The position numbers were made by a program, and so were the translations under genes. Shown one piece after another: positions 1 to 11,894 of a DNA stretch of 64,000 nucleotides; position 1 is the first letter of the stretch, and each line of letters opens with the position of its first letter. The notes under the pieces are model-generated. The model made no database searches and was not told the DNA's origin. It worked only from the letters and a program-made list of their open reading frames with translations. This DNA comes from Paraspadella gotoi (lineage: Eukaryota > Animalia > Chaetognatha). Where the stretch lies: the NCBI GenBank assembly GCA_051294375.1, contig CM119264.1:15835473-15899472 (forward strand). Reading direction: 5' to 3'.

Positions 1-1511
1 TTAAGTTTTATTAATTGATTCTGATAGAGCTTAAAAAATTAAGCAAAAAATATAATTACAACTTTTTAAAATTTTGATGTTTTATTACTAAAAATTAGTA
101 AAAACTGCTAAAATCATCGGATGATAATGATGATTTTTAGAGGTTTTCCCAATTTTAACCCACTTATCATCAAAATATTGAAAAAAGAATTATACTTTGT
201 GTAGATAACTTTTCATAAGCTATTTGAATCTGCTTTTAAAAATACAAAATTCAAAAAAATTTTTTTGACATTTCCTATCTATAAATAAATATTTAAAAAA
301 TAATTACTAATGCTTCTAGCCATTTTAGAAAATTTTGGTCCATTTTTCTTAGAAATGTATGAAGTTTCATTTGGAAAGGTTCCCAAATCAAACTTCTGAC
401 CCACCCCATTGACAAAGGTTGGCTCTAATAAGGATCGTCGCAATCGCATAAGAAAAATCAAATTTGAGAAAAGAAAATTAATTTATAAACAAAGAAAAAG
501 AAGAAAAGAATAAATATAAAGAAAGAATAGGAAGGAAAGAAAGAAAAGAAAAGAAAGAAAGAAAAGAAAAGAAAAAAAAGAAAGGAAAGGAAAGAAAGGA
601 AAGAAAGAATGGAAAGAAAGAATAGAAAGGAAAGAAAAAGAATAGAAAGGAAAGAAGGAATACAAAGGAAAGAAGGAAAATAAAAATAAAGAGAGGGTGA
701 TGAAAAGAAGGAACGAAATAAAAACTCGATGTTGCGATAACATGCACAAATGCGAAGCCTAATTTTACGAGTTCAATCCTCATTCAATTTTTTTTTTAAT
801 AAAAACGCAGAGAGAGAGAGAGAGAGAAGCCAAATCGTTTTCGGACGAATCAGCAGCGGCAGCAGCACCTAGAAAAAAAAGAAAAATCAAATGGCAGCAG
901 CAGAAGCAGCAAAAGAAAAGAAAAAAAAAGAATATGCCCCTGCAGAGCCAGATGCAGACTCGTTTTTTTCCCTATGAATCAGTGACTAGGGAAAAGAGAG
1001 AGGGAGAGAGACATGTAATTAAAAAAGAGAAAAAAGAAAGAAATATAAAAATAGAACAGAGAAAATTTGTTTGTTTTGATAAAACGTAAACAAAACATAT
1101 TTAATAACTGTCCAGACTCAATTTTAAGCACATCGATGATGAGAAGCTGTATATAAATTTTCAGCTTCATACACCCAAATTTAATCATAAAAAAGGCGAT
1201 CTATAATTTGGAACGACAACGACAACGACGCCACTTATGGGCAAAAGCGATACAATATCGTCGCAAACGCTAAGCGATTGCGACGATAAAAAAATACTAG
1301 TCAAATTTTTTGTACTATAGTAACAGTTCAGTTTAATCCCTTGCAAGCGATTTACATGTATTGGCGCAGCTACTGGTTTGGTATGGTACGATCAGTTATG
1401 ATCACAAATTGAAAGAATTATTGTTATTCAACATCTTTTTAGCAGATTACCGCTTAATTATCGTAGGCAGATCCGACATTGTTTGCTCTAACTTGTTCCA
1501 AATCAGACTTC

Positions 1512-1557
1512 TGTGGATAAGGCTCTAAGTGGGGCTGAAGAGTACTATCCGCAACTT
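1512..1557 (-). repeat. Fragment of family C LTR 3' end
   Basis: TGTGGATAAGGC...GGGCTGAA...TCCG.AACTT matches 53888-53935. Confidence 0.6.
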
Positions 1558-2592
1558 AAACTTAACATAATTCACTTTTTCGGTCCGTCGGTCCACCCCC
1601 TCAATCTTGTCGGGCATTCACATATATCAGGTCAAAATATCGAATTATGATAAATTATACAAAAAAAAAAAAAACGATGTCCGTCCATTCGTCTTTGTCT
1701 GTCTGTCCGTCCCACCTTAGCAAAAAACTCCAATTACTCGTGATTGGATGGATGGATTCAAATGAAATTTTGTGTGTGGGTAGGGAAGTGTGTGATTGAG
1801 TTGGATATAAAGTTTCGATGGAATTGTCCGAGTGGAAATGAGTTTAAATGGAAAAAACAAAAAAATATATTTCACTATTTGAACGCCAATTACTCGAGAG
1901 TGGATGGGGCAATTGACTAGAAATTTTGTATGTGGGTAGTAAAGTGTGTGATTAAGCTGGAAATCAAGTTTTGATGGAATCATCTTAGTAGAAATGAGTT
2001 TAAATGAAAAAAAAAATCTGTTTCACTAATTGATTATGCTTCTTTTTCTTTTCATAATAAATGTAAATGCAAGATGTATTATATAATCAAATAATTAATC
2101 AATTAATTAATCAATTTATTAATAAATAATCAATTAATCGGCCAATTATTCAATCAATCAATTTATTTAGTATCTATTAATTAATTGTTCAATCAATTTA
2201 TTTATTAATTAATTATTTAATCAATCAATCAGTCAATCTTTATCGGCATTATTATTATCGACGCCATCATCGTCGTTGTTGCTTTTGTCGTGGTCAGTGA
2301 CGAAAAGACCTAAAAACAAACATTTTGGATCAAATTAATTACATTTGTATTAATTAATTAAGTACCGCTAATGATCGTGGGCAGATCCGACATTGTTTGC
2401 TCAAACTTGTTTGCCCCTATGGGTGACCCCTCCGGGGCCCCATATTTCGGCTCAGGGGTCAAATATTAAAATTCGCCTCGATAGTTCTATTTGTATTCAC
2501 ATAGGGATCGTTCATACCAAATTTCAATAAATTTGGTCCAGTAGTATTCTCGAAACGTGTTCTGGTCACCTCATTTTATACTATGAAGCCTT

Positions 2593-2847
2593 TGTGGCGG
2601 TATATTCACACCGCCTCAGGTCCACCATCGTTCAGCCAAATCCATTGGCTCAGAGGGGGAACACACCATCACAGGCGTAGTGTTCCATCCATAGTCCTTA
2701 CGACTTCCCTCTGCGTTGGCAAAGCGAGACCGTCCTAAGGTAACCGCGCCTGTGACTGGATGCGTCACTGAGGGTCGGAAGCCCCCAAAGCCAACAGTGA
2801 GATGCCCCATCCCAATGGGCATCAAAGGCAACCCGGCTGTTGCCATA
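2593..2847 (+). mobile_element. Family B solo-LTR-like element
   Basis: Termini TGTGGC...GCCATA with flanks CCTT/CCCT. A-box-like TGGCTCAGAGG, B-box-like TGTTCCATCC and many hairpins. A second copy lies at 27741-27993. Confidence 0.75.
2715..2795 (+). ncRNA. Twister-like ribozyme, P5 type (family B)
   Basis: P5 GTTGGC/GCCAAC, then GCGA-GA-CCG-TCCTAAGG-T^AA-CCGC-GCC. P3 GTGAC/GTCAC. P4 GGG/CCC with loop TCGG-AAGC. T1 CGG/CCG. Confidence 0.75.
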
Positions 2848-3221
2848 CCCTTCGTATTTATTTTCAAAATAAATTTCGTTGTTTGCAAAAAAAAACAAAA
2901 AAACAAAAAAACAAAAACCTTTAATTTGATTTTAAATTCTAAACGCAACTAAAAGATAAGTCTACTATATATATTAAAATATTAATAATTTAGGAAGCTT
3001 ATCCAGCCTGCTATTGACAATTCAGGAAAAAACTAAATAAACAATAAAACTCAATGAACTTCCCCCCTCCACCTTAAAAAACAAAAGGTTAGGTTTTTTT
3101 TCAAGCATGTCGATTGTCGAGCTAATTTGTACTTTATAGCCAATGATGTGGGGGAAAGTGGTGTTTAGGCAGCTTTGTGTATTCCCCCCCTTCACAGAAA
3201 TGCAGATCTAAAATTTGCGAC

Positions 3222-3538
3222 CTTTTCCATGACGATCAATGAGATGTCAGCAACAGACAAATGCGCTTTCTTGACTTCGTTTCCTTCCCAGACTCGGCAA
3301 GAAACCTTTCCGCCCCCAGCGACGGAGGCCCCGCCACCAGCGACCGGAGATGTCTTGATGTTCTGAGAGGACGACGCCGCAGCAGTGGAACTGTTCGTTT
3401 TAGTACCGCAAGCAGTTTCAAAGGCAGAGTCGTCGGCGCCGCCTAATACATCGGTGTCGTCCTGGAAGGCGGAAGAACCAACCATCGACAAAACACCCAA
3501 GGCGTGAGAAGTATCAGAATCGCCATCATCCGTTTCGC
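3222..3538 (-). CDS. PHTF: PHTF homologue, exon 5 (gene probably continues beyond the window start)
   Basis: TTTTCTAAG|GC acceptor. It encodes VSCRVWEGNEVKKAHLSVADISLIVMEK, resembling the PHTF motif VSAIIWEGNECKK.D.SVLEIS..I. The AAG|GTCGCA donor is tentative. Confidence 0.8.
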
Positions 3539-3604
3539 CTTAGAAAATTTTATTCTGTAAAAAACAAAAGCAACATTCTCCATGACAAATTCGTCTTACA
3601 CTAC

Positions 3605-3762
3605 CTTCCACTCCCACGTCTGAGTCCCAGGAAGTAGCACCGCCTGAGCGACGTTGCCCGCGCGCAGGCGATTTGCAAACCACAGCCTCATCGTCGGAGT
3701 CTTCGTCTGAGTTGTTCGACGAGAGCATAATGGCATCAAGAGCCACGCTTTTCTTCGAGTGT
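3605..3762 (-). CDS. PHTF: PHTF homologue, exon 4
   Basis: CTCTTTCAG|A acceptor, acidic/Ser-rich frame HSKKSVALDAIMLSSNNSDEDSDDE, and G|GTAGTG donor (phase 1). Confidence 0.7.
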
Positions 3763-3920
3763 CTGAAAGAGAAGCAACTTGATAGCGTTTTTTAGGATCA
3801 CAATGGCTTTTCAACGAAGAACAACAGTTATAATTCCACTACAGTAAATACGTAGGCAAGACTTCGTTTCCTTTAGCAATTAGACTAAATACGACACCAT
3901 CTATTGAATGAAAGTACTAC

Positions 3921-4072
3921 CTCTTTTGTGAATATCTCCTTGTAGGTGAGGCGCTTCGTCTGCGAGCGGGAGAGACGCTGTGATTGCGTTTTTCATTCGG
4001 CGGGTTCGTTGAAGACGCGAATGCAGAAGGAGAGAATTCTTCGTCCGTAAATGAAGCCGTTGAATCGCGATT
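3921..4072 (-). CDS. PHTF: PHTF homologue, exon 3
   Basis: TTTTTCAAG|AAT acceptor (phase 0) and AG|GTAGTA donor (phase 2). GC-rich open frame, phase-compatible with both neighbouring exons. Confidence 0.7.
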
Positions 4073-6116
4073 CTTGAAAAAAAATTTTAAAAGTATAGTG
4101 ACCTCGCCAGACGTTACTATCAAAGAAAACTACGAAAAAAAACCGAAAAAAAAACAATGAATGCTCTAATAATAAATTATTGATGTGATAGTAATTGATT
4201 ATTAATATAATGATAACAAATTATTGATGCAATGATGACAAATTAGTGATCTGATGATAAGGAATCATTGATAGGAAAACGTTTAAAAAATGCAATGAAT
4301 GAATAAAATAAAAATTTTTAATAAAATAAGTTTAATAAAATTAATTAAAAAAATTAATTGAATGAATTAATTAATTAACAAAATGAATAATTTAAATTAA
4401 AATTTATTTATTTAAAATAAATAAAAGAATTGAAATAAATTATATAAATTTAACAGTATTAAATAAATTAATTAAATTGAACAAATTTAATCAATTTAAT
4501 TTAATTAAAGAAATTGAATGAATAAATGTGGGAGAGATAAAGAAATAAAAAATGAGAGAACATTAGGGGAAAGAGAAAACAAAATAAAAAGTGAGTTTGC
4601 AAAATGATTACATGGGCGAGTTCGATCCATAATAACTTTTTTTAAATAAAAAGTATGAGTGAGTAAGAGAGAGAACAATAAAAAGTTCCAACAAAAAATT
4701 CAGATAATTGACATTAGAGGGAATAAGTAAGTAGAATAAACAAAGAAAACAAAACAAAAGAATGTAAAGAGAAATGAAATATGAATATTAATTAATAATA
4801 TAATTTAACTAAATTTTACAATGTATAACAAACAAATATAAAATTAATTAATTAATAAAAAAGGGAAAAAATTACATTACAAGAAAAAAAAAGCTCAAAT
4901 TGAGCTGGCCCCCTTGCCTTTCATGGGGCTCTCAATGAAGGTCAGGTATGGATGAGCTCGTCATGGGGAGAGTCATTGGTAAGGAGTAGTAAAAATTCTA
5001 AATTTAACTTTAATTAAAATTCTAAAAAATGAGGAACGAACAACATTATACTAATAAACATTATGTAATAAAAAAATTTATAATAAATTTTACAATTTAC
5101 GCATAAGCCATATTTATATTAGTACTAAACCAATAAATGTTAAAATTTCAAAACAGTTTTTTCTAAGATTTTTTTGCAGATTTAGATTCGTCATAAAAAG
5201 TTGATAAAAATAAATCTAACTCTTTTTGAAAAATTCCTTCATTAAGTGGGTCAAAAATTAGAAAAAGCTATATTTTAAACTGAAAATTAACTTTTTATAT
5301 ATTAAATATAGTTTTTTTAATTTTTAACTCACTTAATTAGGGGGAGACTAACTCAGTAAGGTGGTTAAGAAATTTGAATTAAGCACCTGCTCAAACGAAA
5401 ATTTAGATATTTTTAACAAATTTGAATTGACAAATTTTTTTAATATTACTTCATACTCCATATATTATTTTTTATTATTTATTTATAAATAGGAAAGGCT
5501 AAAAATTTTTTTAGGATTTTTTTATTTTAAGATCAGATTCAGGTAGCTTGCAAAAAGTTGTCAACACAAAGTATAATTCTTTTTTCGATATTATGATCAT
5601 AAGTGTGTGAAAAATATGAAAAACTATTTATAATCATCATCATCATCATTTTTCGATAATTTTATTACTTTTTCTTAATTTTGACCAAGAAAACAAATAT
5701 TTTTGAAAGTTGTAGTTATATTTTTTTATTTAACTTTTTATGCTCTATCAGAATCCCTCAAAAAAAGTTAAGATTGATTAAAAAAATTTTTTATCATTAT
5801 ATAGTAATATTGTAATTTTAATAGCAACAATAAAAGCATTTAAATCGAACTTTTGTTAAAATTTCTTTTTTTACCTAAAAGTAGACTTCAAGACTAAAGT
5901 TTGAACCCCCGCCCCTATTGAATTTAATTTCATAGTAGATTTCTAACTTAATGAAATAATTTTTAAAAATTATTTATATTTTCTTTTCAACTTTTGACGA
6001 TGAATTCAAATCTGCATATTTTCTTTAGAACTTTTGTCAAGGAATTCAAATCTGCAATCTTTAGAGATGAAACGAAAATTCGTTGTAATAGCAATTTTTT
6101 TTTTTATTTTTATTAA

Positions 6117-6158
6117 TGTACATGTTTCGACTCTTAGTATTACGAGTCTTCATCAGCA
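6117..6158 (-). ncRNA. Minimal type I hammerhead ribozyme
   Basis: Exact reverse complement of the 7016-7057 motif. Confidence 0.88.
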
Positions 6159-6197
6159 AATGAATTCAATAGACCAAAAAATTTTGAACATTAGTTT

Positions 6198-6228
<31 letters not shown>

Positions 6229-6320
6229 TTTCCAACAAAGAATTGAGCAAGGATAGTGGTCAGATGTGAGGACAGGTGAAAGTAGGGGAAGAGAGAGCAA
6301 ATGATTTTTGAAATTGGTGA

Positions 6321-6362
<42 letters not shown>

Positions 6363-6803
6363 CACAGGGATCAATACATTAGGCAATGTACAACAGTGAA
6401 AAATTTTAGAAAAAACTAAATATTAACAAAAGTAATAATAAATTAATTGTTAGCTGATGATTGTTGGTAAGAGAAAATGAAATAGAAGAATAAGTGATGA
6501 GGGATAGATAAGTTAAAGATAAGTGAAATAGTAAGGTAAGAAAAAAGCTCAAAAATGAGCTGACCCCCCCCCAGCCGGGCAAATGTGGGACGTTAACGAT
6601 GTAGTCGGGTCATTTTTGAGCTTTTTTCTTACCTTACTATTTCACTTATCTTTAACTTATCTATCCCTCATCACTTATTCTTCTATTTTCATTTTCTCTT
6701 ACCAACAATCATCAGCTAACAATTAATTTATTATTACTTTTGTTAATATTTAGTTTTTTCTAAAATTTTTCACTGTTGTACATTGCCTAATGTATTGATC
6801 CCT

Positions 6804-6853
<50 letters not shown>

Positions 6854-6947
6854 TCACCAATTTCAAAAAATCATTTTGCTCTCTCTTTCCCTACTTTCAC
6901 CTGTCCTCACATCTGACCACTATCCTTGCTCAATTCTTTGTTGGAAA

Positions 6948-6978
<31 letters not shown>

Positions 6979-7015
6979 AAACTAATGTTCAAAATTTTGG
7001 TCTATTGAATTCATT

Positions 7016-7057
7016 TGCTGATGAAGACTCGTAATACTAAGAGTCGAAACATGTACA
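7016..7057 (+). ncRNA. Minimal type I hammerhead ribozyme
   Basis: CTGATGA-A-GACTC(loop)GAGTC-GAAACATGTA^, with palindromic ACATGT as stem III. Confidence 0.88.
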
Positions 7058-7170
7058 TTAATAAAAATAAAAAAAAAAATTGCTATTACAACGAATTTTT
7101 CGTTTCATCTCTAAACTATTTTAAATAGCAAAAGAAAGTCAAAATACAAAAATCTGCAATCAAAATTAAG

Positions 7171-7860
7171 AAAAGTAGGATTAAGCTCTGACGAACAAAG
7201 CCAGAGGTTTTTTTAATATATTCTTATACTGGCAATATTGTTAATAATAAGTTTCAAAAAAATCCTACCATAAATATAGAAAATATCAACCAAAATCTTC
7301 AGAAAATCCACCCCTTCTTTGGAAGATTTTCGCCATAGAAGATTTTTACTGAATCTGACTCCTGGTTGAAAACTCTTAGAATTCCGATCATTAGCTCCTC
7401 TTTTACTTTTACTTTAAATAAAAAATTCACCAAAATGGACTAATTCACTTTCCCAAGATCGTATCATATTAAAATAACCAAATAAAATGTAAAGAAAAAT
7501 TTTGAGAGCCCTTCAGACATATGGCTATTGGATTCCTGAATTTGAAGTTTATTGTAAAATCACAACATATGTTAAATGCATTGACATTGTATTTAAGTTG
7601 AGAAATCCCTTTTATTTTATATATAAAAATTACATCGAAAATATTTTCCCGAGCGGACCAGTCCATTTGAATCTGATGGTTTGATGTCAAAATGATGGTT
7701 ATTTGTCAAGAGAAAAAAAATGCAAGCCCTTCAGATGCAACAGGATCGGAATCGAGTGTTTTTACATCTATTTTTTACCTGAATTTTTTTCCAGGGTGTT
7801 GACATTATTTGGTAGTCAGATTTAACGAAAATCTCCATTGAAAAAGTCTTCCTCGATTTC
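7171..7860. repeat. Dispersed repeat, inverted diverged copy at about 55350-56045
   Basis: Shared blocks such as CCCTTCAGATGCAACAGGATCGGAATC occur on opposite strands. Confidence 0.8.
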
Positions 7861-9169
7861 TAAGAAGACTCCTAAGAAAAGCCTATTTTGAAATTTTTCG
7901 ATTTTATAAGGATAGTACTATATATAAATATAGCCTACTGCAAAAATTAAAAAACATATAATTAATTTTTTTTACAAATTAATGTTCACTGATGGTATGT
8001 TGTTCATAATTGACTTTTAGAATTTTCGTATGTAACTTTCACTACGCCTTAATATTTACTAAGGCGGAACAAGGTAAAAACTAAGAGTTCTGTCATATAA
8101 ATAACGTTAAAGTATCTCTGTGGGATAACGAAATTTTAAAAAAAATAAAGATTTTATCTATAGTTAATAACATAGAAGCATTTAAAGTTTATCGTATTAC
8201 TATAAATCATGAAAATTTTATATTTCAAATTCAGAATTTTTAAAAACGGATTCGGGTAGAGCTTGAAAAAATAAATAAAAAATATAATTACAAGAATTCC
8301 GAATTTTTATGTTTTATTGGTTAAAATTATCAAAAAATATAAAAATTATGGTATGATGATGATGATGATTTTTAAGGGTTTTTCCCTTATTTGACCCACT
8401 TATCATCGAAATATTGAAAAACGCATTTTACTTTTTGTAGACAACTTTTTATGGGCTATCTGAATCCGTTCTTCAAAAATAAAATTTTTACAAAAAATTT
8501 TTTTCATTGCCTATGCATTTATAAATATTTAAATACTTTAATGTCATACTGTGCTTCACTAGTTATAAATGTGATAGTAAATATTGATTAAGTATATGAT
8601 GGACAAATGAATTTTATATGACAGAACTTCTAATGAAAAAATCATAATAAGATCATAATAAATATATTATATCAGTTTAATACATATTGATGATTCATAG
8701 GCCTTAATATACAATAGGAAAGATGATATAAAATGACTTTCGCCAGAACTGCTGCTGGCGCATTTTTGAGCATCATTTTTGGGAATCAAGAATGATCAAT
8801 TTGTTGAGAGAAAATACATTTGCATCTCCTGTAACCAGAGGTTTTGCGAGGAAAGCCTAGTTTTTGCGCAACAATAAAAATAAATATTGCTTTCTGTACT
8901 ATTCCAATATTTTTCTTATTTGAAAGATTCCTTTTCCGTTTTTAGTTAGACTTACCCTTACAGTACCTAGATTTAAAAACTAAATTTTTTCTTTTTCGTA
9001 TTTTCCATACAGTAAATATTTCAAAAAGCCTTGTTTTTTGGAATCAAATTCCCTATTTTTTTTCGGCCGATAGAAAAATAAAAATTTCGTCGAATACTGC
9101 TAATCCCTATTAAAGGAATTTTTTTCCTCTTCCGGACTCTTGGACTTTCACTAAGTCTACTATTCTTAC

Positions 9170-10182
9170 CTCGCAACTTACCCCATGCACCTTGCAATGC
9201 TTGAATCTTCTCGGCCCGAAGTCGCTAGAAGCCGAGGAATCCATGTTCATTGAATGATACTCGGCGCCTAACCTCGTGGGTGGATGCCGCGTACGTTCAT
9301 GGCTACAGTATTCACTCATTGGCGACGAGAAAGGCGTCGATGGAAGGACATTCGGCGAAACTTGTGACGTATTTAAGCCTTCAACGACCGATCCGCCCGA
9401 TCGGTTCTCTATCTGGTTCACAGCCTCTCCACTCCAGAAGCACCATCCCGAATCGTGACTACAGGAGCGAAGACAGCCGACTCTAGTGACACCAGAGTCT
9501 TCCACGCCAGAATCCTCGGGCATTGGGCGACGATGACGAAGACCCTCGCGCGCGGGATCGTCTATCGGGCGAGGGGCGTCCACCTGCCTGACCCTAATGT
9601 TGACTTCGTCGTCTCCATCCCGAAAATCGGAGCGAAGGTCCCTCCTGTCTCGTTCCATCTGCGAAAATGAGGCAGTGTCGCAGTGGCGCAACATAGAGGC
9701 GACGCCGTGCTCGTTGATGTCATCGAGAACGTCTCGCGACGAAGTGGGACGCAGATCGCGAACGGGAGTAGAGCGTGGCTGGCTAAGTCCCCGCATTACA
9801 CTGCGTCGACGATTTAGTTCCGAGTTTGTGGACGATGACGAGGGCGAATAATCGAGACGGAAGTCCGTCCCTTTAGATCCCGATACGATCTGAGTGTGAA
9901 TGAAGGCCAGGGAAAATGCCAGTGCTAAGGGAGTCAGGATCTCCGTCATAGTAAAGGCGTCCGGTTCAGCATCAACCCTCTCGTCCAAGGCAGTGAGGCC
10001 TAAAACGACTACGAATAGACAATAAAGGAAGAGGAAAAAGGCCCAAACGGCGACGGAGAAGTGTTGTCGCCACCAACGAAAATAGAGTGGAAAGAGGAGG
10101 AAGCGGAGCATTGACTTCTTGGTTAAAGCACCCCAACAAAATTGGGACTTTTGCTTCGGAAAGGGGCTGCCGCGAACCAAGT
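9170..10182 (-). CDS. PHTF: PHTF homologue, exon 2
   Basis: Acceptor TTCTTCAG|AC, then DLVRGSPFPKQK...LLFPLYFRWW and IHTQIVS (conserved PHTF block with hydrophobic segments) and a Ser-rich region. There are two in-frame donors, ending the exon at 9182 or 9170. Confidence 0.9.
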
Positions 10183-11462
10183 CTGAAGAAGAAAAAGCAA
10201 AAGTAGTATTCAAATCCTTATCGTTCGTAACCATTCATACCGTCGCGGTCGGAATAGGTTTCTTTGCAAAATAAGAATTAAAATTACATATCGATTGATA
10301 CGATGACGATTAATTGATGAAACGATCATGTCGCTTTATTGTTGAATTTAAGGGTTGAACTTAGGCAAAGATATTTTCTTAAGGTCCGGGATCACTCAAT
10401 TCAAATTATAATAGCTAAAACCGAGCTCGGATTTCGAAAGGAGAGCTCCTGACGATTCCGAAAATGTATTCACTTTACTATTTTTTCAAAGGCGTTATCG
10501 CTTTTTCGATTTTTTTGGTACTATATAAAATAAAGAAACCTATTTGAAGAGTTGCAGCCCAAACGGTAAGGCGGTTTCTCTGAAATTTGGCATGGATTAC
10601 TTTTAGGTCACAAACTCCAATTCTATGAAAAGATACTTTCAAAATTTGCCTTCCTTCATAGAAAATTTGATTATTTTAGTCAATTTTTGGATAAATTCCT
10701 TGATATCTTTGAAACGAAAAACATTTTTCCAAAAACGCGCTCATAGAATCTCCCCCACCTTTCCTTTCTTGCCCAATATATTTTTTTCTTCAAGAAGAGT
10801 CCTGTGGTTTGAGCTGCAACTCTTCGTTTTTAACTTCACTTCGTCAAGAAAGTTAAATTCTGTACTCATTACTTTTGCAAGATTCACCACAACATACACA
10901 AGCACGGGATGTGATGATGGAGTTTGTTCAACGCCGATGTCTTAAAAAAATGGCTTACTGTTTTTAATTTTTTTAAATTCAGATTTGATTTTTTCTTCAG
11001 AGATTTCCTAGAAATAGGGCAACTATTTTATGATATAACATTTATATAAAGTAAAAAGTCAAATTGAAATAAATTCGATAAGTTTTTTAACTCATAAAAC
11101 TCATAAAAGCATAAAAACCCATATGAAAAATGTGTAGAGTAGTTTGTTTTAGACTTATTAGTGATACAACTCCAAGTATGGACTTGTACCAAAGGAAGAA
11201 TTAAATATAAGAAGTAGAAATTGAGCTTACTGTAAAGAATCAGTTTTAAGTTAAAAATTTGGTTGTAGAAATTTAGCTTACATTTAAAAAAATATTTTTC
11301 TCTTGAAAATCTAGTTTTACGAAGAAAAAAAATTGTTAAAATTTTTATGAACATTTTAGGTAGATTTTTAAAAGTTTTCGATTATTTTTAATAGAAAACC
11401 TCTTACAAGATGTGAGAAAATGATTAAGATACAGTAAATTAAGATTTCTACAATATTAGATT

Positions 11463-11879
11463 AATCTGAGTGAACTATTCTGTGAATTCAAGTTGAAGCC
11501 TTTTGTTTTCCTTTTGTTAGTCTGGCTAACAAAAGAGGCCTTGCCGCCAACTGAATTATTTTGATTGTTTACTTGTAAACTGATTGCCCTCAGATTGATC
11601 AGACTGATTTTTCTCCTGATGAAATAAACTTGCTTCTACAATTATTTTCACAATGTTTTTACTTAATATTTCAAAGTAAGAAATACATTAAGTGATAAAG
11701 AAAAACCTTTACCCTCAAATCTGATTAAACAACCAATCAAAAATGAAACAATCAATTTGAAATCCAATGTGAGACTTTCCCTGCGATGAACTGTATCATC
11801 TTAGAACTATCACATCACATGTGTCAACTCTATCGGACGCCTCTAATCAACCTCAGCGGCCTTCCGATGACTTACCACA
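11463..11879 (+). repeat. 5' LTR of gypsy element
   Basis: Direct repeat of 17721-18154. Ends CCACA just before the PBS. The exact 5' end is unclear. Confidence 0.85.
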
Positions 11880-11881
11880 CC

Positions 11882-11894
11882 TGGTGAGCCCGAC
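11882..11894 (+). promoter_or_regulatory. Primer binding site TGGTGAGCCCGAC (tRNA-Trp-like)
   Basis: Lies 2 nt after the LTR end. It is one base different from TGGTGACCCCGAC, the complement of a metazoan tRNA-Trp 3' end as recalled. Confidence 0.75.

Larger units (their letters stand above)
6060..7149. mobile_element. Penelope-like inverted pLTR insertion 1
   Basis: Near-perfect arms of about 500 bp (6060-6558 / 6610-7115), a 34-bp tail, flanking direct repeat AAATCTGCAATC (6048-6059, 7150-7161), and a hammerhead near the outer end of each arm. Confidence 0.8.

Noticed and set aside
478-783. Phe/Ser/Leu-rich or Lys/Arg/Glu-rich ORFs (also near 37309, 50804 and 58490)
   Set aside because: Translations of GA-rich simple repeats.
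6559-6616. Palindrome spacer containing TGTAGTCGGG, like the family C LTR start
   Set aside because: Only about 10 nt match with nothing further, so chance is likely.
11610-11635. CTGATGA in the gypsy LTR as a hammerhead
   Set aside because: No stem II or GAAA-stem III follows.
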